From the NCBI GenBank assembly GCA_001179505.1, contig CDMY01000306.1, positions 63,916-127,915 of the forward strand: a stretch of 64,000 nucleotides of DNA, written 5' to 3'. Both the position numbers and the translations under genes were made by a program. Source of the stretch: Vitrella brassicaformis CCMP3155. Lineage: Eukaryota > Protista > Chromerida. A model generated the notes under the pieces. The model saw only the letters and a list, made by a program, of their open reading frames with translations, did not search any database and was not told where the DNA came from. Below are positions 45,816-58,507 of the stretch, piece by piece. Every line of letters begins with the position of its first letter. Within the stretch, counting starts at the first letter, position 1.

Positions 45816-48800
45816 TTGATCCATATGTGTGTGTGTGTGTGTGTGTGTGTCGTACGTGTGTCGGCCGCTCCCGCTCCCTCAAAGCGTCGGAATCAGCACC
45901 ACCACCACCGTCGCCAAAGTACTCCCTCTCATATCTGTTGAACCTCCGCCGTCTCGCCCTCTCCCTCTCATCCACACTGCCCTCGTCGCTGCTCGTCTGC
46001 CGCTGCTGGTCGCTCTCACCGCCACGACTCTCGTCCGACGACGACTCCTCCAGAACCGTCGCAGACACCCCCACAGCCACCACACGCCCCCTGCCCAGCC
46101 GGATCATCTTGCCAGCCATCTCCATCTCCTTCTCCTTCTCTCTGTGCTTCTCTCTCTGTTCTGGCCTCTCCCCTGCTGCCGTGGCGGGCAGCACGATGCC
46201 GCTGCCGGACTGGATGCGCCGCATGGAGAGCTCATGTTGTTGTTGGGGGTGCTGGTGGGGGTGCTGAGTGGCCAGGGGGTCTCTGTAGACCATCTGGGAA
46301 GACGCGGCGCTCTCGTCGTCCTCGTTGCCCTCAGGTATAGCGGGCGGCACGTGGATCTCTGTCTGCTGCACCAAAGGCCGCTTGTTGGCCACCATCTCCC
46401 ACTCCCTCGGTGGCTGCGGCCGCTCGGGGTCGTGTGTCTGCGGCTCTGTTGGTGCGGTGGCAGAGCTCTCAGACTCCCGCGCCGCCGCCGCAGCAGCAGA
46501 GTCCTCATCGAGACACCCGCTGGTGTCCGAGCCACTGGGTGAGATGGAGCGATGCCGCTCATTTGCCGGCGAGGCAGAGGAGGAGACGGTGAGGGAGGGA
46601 GAGGCGCTGGTCTGTTGCCGCTGCTGCTGCTGGATGCAGAAGGGTGATGGTGGGGAGGGGCGGCGTCTCGACGACGGTGGATGGGGTGGCCTCTGTCTCG
46701 CAGCTCTGTGGTGGTCAAACTCCTCCTCCTCGTCGCTGAGGGGCTTCTGGATGACCTCGAAATCCTCCCCCTCCCTCCCCACATAGAGATCCTGCTCATC
46801 CTCTCGATCTTCCCGATCAGGAGTGCCGTCCCCTGGCACATCCGCCGCTGCTGCTGCTGCTGCTGCCGCCGCCGATGGCCATCCCTGCTGCTGCTGCTGG
46901 TGGGTCGTGGGCTTGTGTGGTGGTGGTAGTGGGGGTGGGTGGTGGATGGTTTTCTCGACCCGCAGGCGACGCACCGTCGGATTGCTGGATGGCACGGAGG
47001 GGCTCGAGGACGAGCTGCTGCTGTTGCTGCTCGTGGGGGGGTTCAATGACGAACGCTGACCAGACAGACAGACAGGCAGACAGACAGAGATGTGCGTGTG
47101 GGGTCCCCCTGTGTGGGTGTGGGGGTGCCCGGACATACTTGAGGCTGGTCTGCTCCCCCTTTCTCTCTCTGTGTGGCGGCTGCCTGTGGAGCCTGTGGCG
47201 GTTGTGCGTGGGCAGAGGAGGAGGGCGGGAGAGGCAGCACCACTGGTGGCGGGTCAGCCCAGATCTCACTGCACACACACACACGTGAAAGTGTTGGATG
47301 ACTCTTGGATAAATGGATGGATGGATGGAGCTCACTCGTAAAGTTTGTTGGCTTCCTCTTCGCTCTCCTCTTCCTCCTCCTCGTCGACGCGCGTCAACCG
47401 ACTCCGGGACGACACATGCACCAACGACGACACGCCAAACACACGGGGGCTGCACACACACACACAGAGGCTCAGATGGATGGATGGAGAGGGAAGGGGG
47501 GGTCACCTCTTGGCTGTGGGGCTTTCTGCGGTGTTGGTGGAGAGCATGCTGCCCGATCGCTCCATGAAGGGCTGCTGCTGCCCGCCGCCGCTCGGCTCGT
47601 CCTGGTCGGACTCCATCCTGTGCAGAGAGCGCTTCATCGACCGCGGCAGCGTCAGGAACGCAGAGATGTCCGTCGGGCCCTTCGCCAGCAGGTCCCACCC
47701 AATGGCTTTATAACAAACCCACACCAGCCCAAACAAACAGTGGCATGTCCCTCTGTGTGTGTGTGTGTGAGATGGTCTCTGGGGTAGCATACCTGACATC
47801 GGCAAGAGCGTTGCGGGCGTGGCTGCCAGGAGGGACAGCGCATAGAGAGCCGTGCCGCGCGTGGCCAGCTGTGGCGAGAAAAGCGCCAGATTCACCATGT
47901 CTAGTGGACACACACACACACACACAGACACACACACCCCAAACACGGCTGTCTGACCCTCACAGAGAGAGGGAGGGAGGGAGAGAGAGAGAGAGTACCA
48001 GCGAGTAGGTTGTACTCCTTGAGCAGGTCGACGCCCATGGCCGAGGAGCCCGCCCAGCCCGCACACCACAGCTGACTCCGCACCTCCACCGGCGTGTAGG
48101 CGTCCTCGTTGGTAAGCACCTCAGAGATCCGCTCCAGACAACGAAACGTCCGCAGCACATCCAAACCTGAATGGACCCACACACACATCGACATGGATCC
48201 ACCCTCCATGTGCTGTGCTGATTGCTGTCGACGGAGTGGCTGGGCTGACCTGTGGCGGTGCTGGCGAGGAAGCCATAGAGGTGGGGGAGGGGCCGCACCT
48301 CAGCCACCGAGAGGTCAGCGCCGGCACCTCCGCGACCCCTTAAGGGGTATACCATCTGCACGCACTCACACACAGAGGACAGAGGGAGAGAGAGTTGCGT
48401 GTATGTGTATGCGTGTGTGTATAGGTGTATAGGTACCTGTACGAGGTAGAGCTGTCCGTCCTCCTGGTTGTCGAGGAAGATGAACCTCACCCTCGCCGTC
48501 CGGTACTCACGGTGGTCGCTACCGGGCTCCGGCACGGGCCTCAGCGAACCCTACACACACACATCCATCCATCCATCCACACGCGTCTCTCTCTCTCTCT
48601 GTGTGTGTGTGTGTGCGTGCGTACGACGTGCTTGGCCCTCGAGAAGGTGTACCACACCCCCGCCTCCCCCACAGCCCCCACAGAGCCGTCAGCCAGCAAA
48701 GGATGCGCACCGAGAGACGGGGATACCCTGGACGAACCAGCCACATGAACCACATGGATGGATTCACTTACACGTGTGTGTGTGTGTGTGTGTTGTGTGT

Positions 48801-51546
48801 GTGTGGTGTACCTGACGGCGAGCTGTGGCGCGCTGACGGGGAACGGGATGGGCTGCGGGCAGGTGCACGCCAGCTGCCACGAGGCACTGGGGGTACCCGA
48901 GCGGCCAGGGGGTGTGGGGGTGTTTGCTGCTGCTGCTGTTGTGTCTGATTGTAGTGCTGAAGGTGGGTATGGGTAGGGGCTGGCGTAGGGGAAGCCGCTG
49001 CCCTGCTCGGACTCGGCGAACGCACTGTGCTCTATCCTGAGTCGGCGCCATAGATGCGCACACACACACACACACACACAAACGGGGTTGCCTACGAGAG
49101 AGAGTGAGGGAGTGGGTACCTTTCCACAGAGCACTCCACCCAGCCGTCAGACACCACCTCGCCCTCCTGGGGCCACACACACACACGTGCCTCCATCCCT
49201 CCATCCATCCATCAAGGTACCTGTGCATCGTCATAGCTGTACTCCCAGTCCCTCTCGACATCCAGCAGCACCTCCCCACCTCCACCTCCACCCACCATCC
49301 CGCCCTCCCTCTCCCTCTCGGCGTCGGTGCTCTTGTCCCTGTAGAGGTGGGTGGCCCCCAAGGTGGCCCCGCTGTCCGTCGTGAACTGGTCAAGGAAGGT
49401 CTGCACGCGCAGCCGGAAGGGCAGCCGGCCCAGCCACGCGGCGCTGGTCACCGACCCGTTGTCATGCGCCTGTTTGGCAGACGTGTGCGTGCACATCTCC
49501 ATCTGTGTGCTGGCTGGGTGTGTGTGTGGGTGGGGACCTGTGGGTGTTGGTGTGAGGGTGGTGGCGGTGTTGTTGGCTGTGGGGCGGAGGAGAAGGCGCG
49601 CGCGAAGAGTCGGTCTAGGCAGCTGATGTAGAGCCTGTTCTCGGTCTGCACCCATCGGCCGAGCTCCTGCTGCAGCCAACCCTCACGAGCCATCAGCTCG
49701 ACGCCCTTGTCCACCTGAACATACACGCCCCACACACACACATTTGTGTGTACGTCTCTCCCTCTCTCTCCCTCTGTGCGGATGTGTGTGTGTGCGTGGT
49801 GGGGGGAGCTTACCCTGAGGCATTGCAGTCTGAGTGTGGTGGGCCACAGCGAAGCGGATGGCAGAGCGAAGGCCAGGTGGCGCTCCTCCTCAATGAAGAG
49901 GCCTATCAGATACTCTACCACCTGCACACAAAACCAGGCACAGCACGCTTACGTGACGTGGCCGGAGGGGGGATGGTTCTGTTCTTTCGGACTGACCGAC
50001 CTCTCGGCCCCCTCTGCGGCACATTGCGCTAAGCACCGACAAAGCAGCCTCCGACACACAGTACTCCTGCGTCACACCCGTCCTCAGCAAATGGCCTGCA
50101 GGCATCGCACCGCATCGCATCCACCACACACACACCGATTTATTCACACACACAGACCCTCTCCCCCTCTCTCTCCATGCCCCTGCACTGCACTGCACGC
50201 ACCGGCAATCCATTTCCACTTGGGCAACAGCACCGCCTGCGGCTGCACTGGGGCACCAGTGCCTTCGTCCAGCTGGCTCAGCCGGCTCACCTCATCGGCC
50301 ACCTGGCCTTCCGGCGCCGCCTGCGGCACCACCGACAGCGGCGACACGCCTGGCGTCCCACCACCACCACCAGCAGCTCCCTGCTGAGCGCGGAATGAGG
50401 GCGAGCTCACGCGCTTGGCCACCTGCTCAAGGGACCACTTCCTCGGTGCAGACGACGGGGGCGGTGGGGGCGGTGGGGGCGGTGGCGGCGGTGGCGGCGG
50501 TGCTGGTGGGGGTGGAGGTTTCTTCCCCCCGGCGCCATCCTGCTGCTGCTGGTGTTGAGTCCCAACAGGCGCCCCAGGGCTGGTGGCGAAGGCCAGCGGC
50601 CCAATGGCCATGGTGCGGGCGGGGAACCTTGAGCCGATGGAGAGCTCAGTGGGGTAGCCGTGGGAATAAGTGGTGGTGGGGGCGTCGTGCATCGTGGGCG
50701 CCGACGATGACGCGTGCAGGTTGATGGACGCGATCGAAGCTGCCGACGACGGCCGGACCACTCTCATGACAGCGGGGGGGTAGGGCGGCGGGGGGGAGGG
50801 GCTCTGCCCGACCACCACCCTCCCAGCAGAGGGCACCTTCCTCAGCCCCACGCGCAGCTCGTCGTCATTGCTGTCGGTGGAGGCCGAGTACTCCCTCGGG
50901 CGGGTGGTGCTCTGCTGCTGCATCCCCGAGGTGCTCGCCGTGCTGACCGTCACGCCGCTCATGGTCCGGTGCAGCCGATACCGCCCTGGCACTCCCCCTT
51001 CTAGGAGGTGGTCGCCTTTGTGCAGGTGGGGGTCGGTGTGGGGGCTCCTGGGGCAGTAGACGAGGTCGCACGGGGTGCCTGGCAGCTCGAGTGACGTGAA
51101 GCTGCTGGAGGTCTCGTGGCTGTCGAAGAGGAGACCGAAGTAGCGGATGGTCGACAGACGGAGGGAGGGGGAGCCGGCGGCGAAGATCTGTGTGGGCAGG
51201 TGTGTGGCAACAGAGAGGGAGAAGAAATTGGTGGTTTATGTGTGGGGGCGCCTCCTCTCTCTCTCTCTGTCTGTCTGTGTGTGTGTGTGTGTGTGGAGAT
51301 GGCCTTCTCTCTCCTGTCTGTCTTAAGGACTTTGTCGACGACGGCTCTGTTCTCCCGGAATGAGTAGCAGAGGTGCGGCACGAAGAGGCTGGTAAGGAAG
51401 TCCTTGTCGCGAATGGCCACAAGCCGGTCCAAAGTGCGGTAGAACTCCAGCTTCGTCAATATGGTCACACCCTCTACACACACACACACACACACACACA
51501 TGAACACCTATCCCTGTGCTGCCTCTGTGTGCCTTCCGTGCGCAAA

Positions 51547-51585
<39 letters not shown>

Positions 51586-52755
51586 TGATTGGCGCCCACC
51601 CACCTTGTGTGCAGGAGATGAGGCCCAGGAAGGTGGCGTACTCGCGGACCAGTGTGCGGCCCACCATGCTCTCTGTCAGCAGTCCCTTAGTCGAACCCCC
51701 AAGCCCACCAAACCACCCAAACAAATGGGGGGGCGGCTGCGACACACACACACATACACACACACTCATCGGAGAGCCCTCCCCCACCCAACCACACGAA
51801 GGCATACCTGTGGCGGCTGCTGCTCGCCATTGCCCTCTCTCTCGTCGACTCGCGGCATCGTCGGCAGCGGGCGTGTGGACTCCCCCGCGTCAGAGGGGAA
51901 TCGTGGTCGAGCTTGGATGTGCTGCTGGGTCTGCTGCTGCTGCTGCTGTTGCGTGACAGTCTGCATGGAGTGGACACGGCTCTTGAGGAAGGCCTGGATG
52001 CTCGAGTAGCTCTTGCGGTCGTGCGGCGGCACCTCCACGTTCACGACGCTGATCTGCAGAGATGAGATGGGTGGGCGCAGCCCAGCCCAGCCATAGACAC
52101 GTGTGGCTCTCTCTCTCTCTCTGTGTGTGTGTGGTTACGTGTGTCTGCTGCCCGTCTTCGCCGCTCGCAAGAGAAGAGCCTGAGCAGGACCTTGCCCGTG
52201 GGCGGCCGGCAGCTGCACAGATACATCGACGCACACCGACACACACACAATGCACTGCACACTTCCGACGTGTTGCGCTGTGTTGGGTGCGTTGGGTGCA
52301 TTGCGTTGCGTACAAGCAGGCGGCAGTGCGACTGAGAGCAGCGATGTGTCCTGTGGTGAGGCCAGGGGGCGCAGAGGCACGCTGCCGCACAGCAACCGTT
52401 CGCTCTGCTCGCTGCGCAGCGAGTGGGAGCTGACATTCTTCGGCATTGCCTGCAGGCACTCAATTAACACAATCACAGTGACAGACAATGACACACACGC
52501 CCTCTTCCCAGCCCCTCTCTCTCCCTCCCACCAGAGCGTGGAGTTGACTGGGGGTGCTGGGTGACTGCTTGACGCTCCAACACATGGAGATGTTGATGGG
52601 GCCGCCGCCACCAGGCTGGTGCTGGTGCTGGTGCTGGTGGTGGTGCTGCTGGTGGGGCGAGGGGGATGATTTTGGGGGAAGGGCTGCTGTCTTGGGGGTG
52701 GGGGAGGGGGTGGCCTGCACCATACACACAGGTCGGTGTCTGTGGTGGAGCCATC

Positions 52756-52788
<33 letters not shown>

Positions 52789-53571
52789 TCTATGTGTGTG
52801 TGTTAGGTTGCCTTGTCGACTTCGGCCAGCTCGTCATGAAAAAGCTGTACCAGCTCACACACGAACCCCCGCCTCTCCGCAAAGTACCCCTCACTCGGAA
52901 ACAGAAACAGCCGCCCCTGCAGGCACACACATACACAAACCATCACACACACACACACACAAAGGAGCCACGTACCTCGTTTCTCCCGGCCACAAGCATG
53001 GCGATCGCCTCCATGCCGGCCTCCACCATCGGCAGATGGGCCGCCCGCCACTCGAGCAAGGGAAACTCCCGAGAGCGGGGCGAGAAGAACCTGCCATTGC
53101 AAACCATGGAAATGTGGGGGTGGGGTCGGGTAGGGAAGGGGGTTTACCTGAGCAGTCGTCTGATGAATTTGGTGACGATAGCGTCCTGGTGCTTGAGGGG
53201 CAGCCGCAGGGGGCCTTGTAGGAGGTGCAGAATGGACGGCCAGTGCCTGCAGTATGCAGCACATGGAGATGGATGGATGTGTGTGATGTGTGTGGCTGTC
53301 TGTCTGTGTGGGGGGTGTACTGGGTGGCCGTTCGTTTCAGTTACCATTTGGTGCCTTCTCTGATGTTCATGACGCCGGTGGTCTTGATGGCCGACGCGAT
53401 GTCCTCACTCCCAAACCTGCACACACACACACACACACACAGTGGCCCACCATCCACCAGACCACACACAATTCACTCGAATCTGCGTACGCCTGTGTGC
53501 CGACGTGCAGCGCTGTGGCGAGCGACGTCCTTGTCGAATCCAGCAGCTGACACACACACACACACAAATGA

Positions 53572-53608
<37 letters not shown>

Positions 53609-56600
53609 GATGCGCTCACCCTTGTGTGTGTGACCTCACACGTGACGGTCTTGGCGAAGGCCTCGATTGCCTCCTCATCCGCACCACCACCACCATCAGC
53701 AGAAACCGGGCCCACAGCCAAATTGCACGCCAGTAATTGTGGCTGCCTGCATCCATCCATCCACACAACCACATTGACACACATACGGCTGCGGTGCCGT
53801 GGTTGCCATACGTACCCCTCGTTGGCAGCGGCAGTGCCGTTGTTGCCATTGTTGAGGCGCCACATCTGCGGCACGCCACCGAGGTCAAGCTGTGTCAGCA
53901 CCGAATGCGCCTACACACACACACACACACACACAGAGGGAGAGAGACAGGCTCCACCCACACACCCACGCACACACACACGCACCCACCTACCCGAATT
54001 CGTGTGTGCGAGGAGGGGAAAAGGGTCGCCGCCGATGAGATGGGCGGGACTGCCTGCACGTTGGCCAGAAGGTGGGGCGGCAACAGCAGCGACGCGCTCG
54101 ACAGCAGCAAAGACAGCACCTCCGACGCCTCAGCTATCAGCCACGGCTCGGCTGACGGACTGCCACACACACACCAGAACACACACACCCATTATGAGCG
54201 GTTGGGGCGGGGGAGGGCGGTTACCAGATCACGAGCTCGGCGAGCGCCTGATGGACGCCCAGCCAGACAAGGCACCGCACCACAAAGACCCCCCAGACGT
54301 CGAGCAGCTCGCAGCCGCCGTCGATGGCCCCGCTGCCGGCACCGCTGGTGCTGCTGGTGGTGGTCGCGGTGGTGGTGCCGTCACCCACACCGACGCCCAC
54401 GCCCATAATGCCATCGAATGACGACTCACCTGCCATGTGCACACAATCAACACACACACACACACACATATGGACGATCCTCTGTGGTGTGCGAGTGTTG
54501 TGTGGCTGTGTGGGTACCGAGCTCGTCAACGAGGCCCACCAGCCCCTCGCCCAGACTGGACAGCACGTACTGACCCTACACACACACACACACATGAATG
54601 GCCACCATAGGTGGGCATGGGCATGGGCATGGGCATGTGTTGCTTGCCTGTGGGAAGTACTGCTGTGACGAGAGGGAGGAGTGCGCGTGTTGGGGCGTCT
54701 CGGCTGACCGCTCGGAAAATGCAGACAACGAGCCGGCCGATATGCCTGCATCCCGCACACCACACCAGGGAGTCATCAGCCCACGTGTGTCTGTGTGTGT
54801 GTGTGTTGGTGCGTACCAGAGAAAGCCCTCGGTCTGTTTCCGATCTGCGGGAGGTTGGTGAGCTGTCCGCTCTGCTGGCCCAGCGACGGCTCGCTGCCGC
54901 TCGAAGGCATCATACCACCACCGGAGTGCGCCGCAGCCTGCATTACGTGGGGTGTGTGTGTGTGTGTGTGTTGTGTGTTGTGTGTTGTGTGTTGTGTGTT
55001 GTGTGTCAGTGGCGGGGAGGGAAGTCACCTTGACAGAGACGCTCCTCGCCATGGGTTGGATAGACATGGTCCCTTCCCCGACTGCACTCGCCGTTATGGG
55101 GCCGCTCTTGGCGCGATCAACTGTGTGAATGGACGGACGGATGGATGGATGGACGATGGACACACACGTGTGTTCGTGTGGGCCTGTGAATTCAATGCGT
55201 ACCAGCGACATCCCCCACCACACCAGTCTGCGGCCCTCCCTGGGTCTGCGTCTGAGTCTGTGTCTGTGTCTGCGCCTGTGCCGCTGCCGTCGCTCTCCGC
55301 TGAGTCGGGGAGGTGTCCTAAGTTCACACATCCATCCATCCATCCATTGATTCACACATATGGGTCGAGATACCTGCAGCGATGGAACATTGGGGAGGTT
55401 GAACGACGACGTCCGCGACCGTCTTGAGGGGTGCAGCGAAGGTAATGGCGGCAGAGTGGGAAACCTGCACAACACGCAGACCGCAACATTCGCATCTCTA
55501 CCTAGGGAGAATGTCCACATCTCTCTCTCTCCGTGTGTGTGTGTGTGTTTGCGTGTGTCCGACCTTTCTGCGCCGTGTACGCCCATGGTGCCCTGCACAA
55601 GGTGCCTGAGCTTGCTGCCGTGGTAAGGCCGCCGCCTCGCCCGCGCGAAGGAGACGATGTGGTCAAACGTCACTCTGCCTCTGGTGCCTGCACGCACCAC
55701 CCAATCGGAGTGAGTGTGTAGGTGGATGCGGTGCATCTCAACGCACCCAGAGCCATGGCGAGTATGTCATGGAGCAGCCTGATGACCCGCGAGATGTCTC
55801 CTGAGCGGTCCGGGGAGACGGGGTGGCGCAGAAAGGACACCAACGCAGAGAGCCCTGCACACACACAGACACACACACACACACACACGCAGACACAGAG
55901 AGAGAAACACCCAGATGTGTACGTGTGGGTGTGGGTGTGGGGATCTCTGCGCACCGTGTGGCGCCCCAGCAAGCGCAATGAACCCCGGGACGCTCCGCAT
56001 GAGAGCGAGGATGGAGCCGCTGGCCGCCTCAACACGCGCAGACCGCTCGTCTGCCGGCTGTTGGTCGGGCGGCAGGGGCGTCTGCGTCTGCTGCTGTGGC
56101 TGTGGCTGTGTCACTGTGCCGTCAGACTCCCTCTCCTCGATGAAGATGGAGCACAGCTTCTGGATCTCGGTCGTCCAGCACACCTGATGCACACATGAAG
56201 CAGGCCACGACAGATGGGTCGATGGACCGGTGCATTGCTTTGCGTTGAGCTGAGCTGCGTGTACTCACCTGTCCCTTTGCGACGGCCTGCCTCTTCTTAG
56301 GGTCGGCCAGAAGATGCCCAATCACAAACGCAATGCTCTCCCTCAGACCCACAGGCACACAAGGGTCGCTCAGCGCGTCCATCAGCACACCCACGCCCCA
56401 AGCCTCAGCCACCAGCCGCGGCCGCATAATAGCCAGGTCGCGCAAAGTCTCCAGACAAACGCGCCTCAGTGTGTCTGCCGACGACTCCGCAATGGCCACA
56501 AGCGACCGCACAAAGCACAGAGGCAGCCGTGTGGAGGTCCGGCCGCTCGCCGCGAGGGAGCCCCACTTCCGAATGAACCTCAGCGCGGCGATCCTCTCCC

Positions 56601-57236
56601 ACTCGACGGCCTGCTGATCGGCCACGGCGCTGCTGCGGGGGTTCCTTTCCAGAGCCACACAGACGAACTCGGGTACCCAGAGGTCGCTGCAAGCCGCCAG
56701 CGCGGCTTCGGACAGCAGGAAGTACCGACACGCTCGCAGAGCCGCCGCGCGTGTGAGAGTGTCTTGGTCGAATAGGAAGTGCCGAAAGAGAGAGAAGGAG
56801 AGGATCCAGTCGAAGGCTGGTGGGGGCTGCTGCAGCTGCTGCTGCTGCTGGGCTTGGGCGTGGGTGGCGGACGGCGGGAGGGCGCCTGCTGCATCGACGG
56901 AGAGGGGTGCGGGTGCGGAGGCTGGGGCGGGGCCGGGAGCCGCCTCGCCCGACCATGACATACCCTGAACACCACAAGGACACACACACACGGACAACAC
57001 AGGATACATGAAGGTGAGTGTGTGTGGTGCGTGTCCATCCATCCATTCATTCGCTCGCTGACCTGCGCGACGTGGGCCACTCTGTTGAGTAGCTCGAGCT
57101 TGACGCGGCAGTCGACGGCCGCGGAGGGCGACGGCCCATAGACGCGCCGGCTGAGTGATTTGAAGAGGTTCTGGAGCAGCTCATGCTGCGAATGGAGGGA
57201 CGATGACCCATCGGCCGCATGAGTAGTGGCTGTCAT
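44983..57236 (-). CDS. RICTOR: RICTOR / Avo3-like TORC2 subunit, with long low-complexity insertions
   Basis: Ordered motifs resemble RICTOR as I recall it: DTLTRAAALRACRY..ERIAALRFIRK..LRRVCLETLRDLA; MRSVPGFIAL; WPSILHLLQGP..KFIRRLLRFFSP; TLVREYATFLG; GWLQQELGRWVQTENRLY; PHLYGFLAST; LWCAGWAGSSAMGVDLL; RGTALYALSLLA; C-terminal LPLRRFLSDLF. Confidence 0.88.
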
Positions 57237-57500
57237 CCCATCTGTGTGTCAGTCAACAGCGCCAGAGTGACTGAGCTGCTGAGGGCGCATGCATGACGCA
57301 ACACAGAGAGTGACAGAGATGCACAGACGCGAGATGTGCATGGATGTCTTGGTCAGATGAGCGTCGTACTTACCGGATAATGGGGAGCGGCCAGCACTAG
57401 AACAGAGAGATTGAAAGATAGATAGACGAGATGAGAGGGATGGAACACGTCAGCAACCACGCGGGTTTGTTCCTTCCAAAGGCGGGAGATCTGCACAGGC

Positions 57501-57525
57501 TGAGCTCGCGACCTTTTGCGAGCTC
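57501..57525. promoter_or_regulatory. Inverted pair of the AGCTCGC(A/G) motif in the RICTOR/BCD1 divergent promoter
   Basis: TGAGCTCGC-gacctttt-GCGAGCTCA; the same 8-mer occurs near several other start codons in the window. Confidence 0.45.
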
Positions 57526-57559
57526 AATATGCAGAGAGTCGTGGGCGGACACAGCAGTG

Positions 57560-58214
57560 ATGAACGCCCCGCAACAACCATCCCCCCCTGAGTGCTTCAT
57601 CTGTAAGAAAGCCGCAAGATACCGCTGCCCGGCCTGTCAGACGCGCACATGCAGCCTCGAGTGTGTCAAGCAGCACAAGGAGCGAACGGGCTGCACGGGG
57701 CAACGCGAGAGGGTCCAGCACGTCGCCGCCAGCAGCTTCACCGACACTGACCTTCACCGAGATTTCGTCTTTCTCGAGGAGGCCCTCCGCGCCGTCGAGG
57801 CCGCCAGACGCGCCAGGGAGCGGAGATCGCCACAATTGCAGCCACAGAGGGCTCGTGCGCACGGTATGCAAGCACGTGGCAAGACATCCACTCATTCATC
57901 ATCGCACGTTGTGTTTGTGCTTGTCATGCCAGGTAACGCATCGCAGCGGCAGGTTCGACGGAAGGGGCATCGATCACTTACTAGGAGGGGAGGAGGGCGA
58001 CCGAACTTCTCAGACCCTCGAAGAGCACCTCGGCAAAGTGGAGTGGCTGAGGAGAAGGGCAGAAGGGCAGAATCAGTCAGTGGGAAGCAGGCGGACGGCA
58101 AGAATGAACCTCGGAGCGAGATGGCGGATGTCGATTGATAGCTGGCTGGCTGGCTGGGTGCAGAGGCAGGCGACCATCTTTTTTTGGGCCTTGTACAGAG
58201 GAGGGGTGGCATAG
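57560..58214 (+). CDS. ZNHIT6: zf-HIT protein, BCD1/ZNHIT6-like (box C/D snoRNP assembly); C-terminal half unclear or truncated
   Basis: CFICKKAARYRCPACQTRTCSLECVKQHKERTGCTGQR followed by FTDTDLHRDFVFLEE, typical of the Bcd1 N-terminus. The downstream exon frame could not be resolved. Confidence 0.7.
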
Positions 58215-58507
58215 TGTCTGTCCGTCAGATCTGATAGTTGTGTGGGCACGAGTGACTTTCGGTGATATATTGCAGCGTATTGTGTGTGGACCTTCGTGGT
58301 GGCTGTGAAGGCCGACCTTTCCCGTTCCCTCACATGACAAACAAAATTGACATCCAAAGACACTTCACATATTATGCACACACAGCCGTCCTGCCACACA
58401 TGAACAGACACATAAGCTGCCTAAGACAGCCATAGACCCTCTCTCTCTCTCTCTCTCTCTCTCTCCCCTTCCCGTCCACCCAATGAGCCACCGCACCATC
58501 AAGCCCA

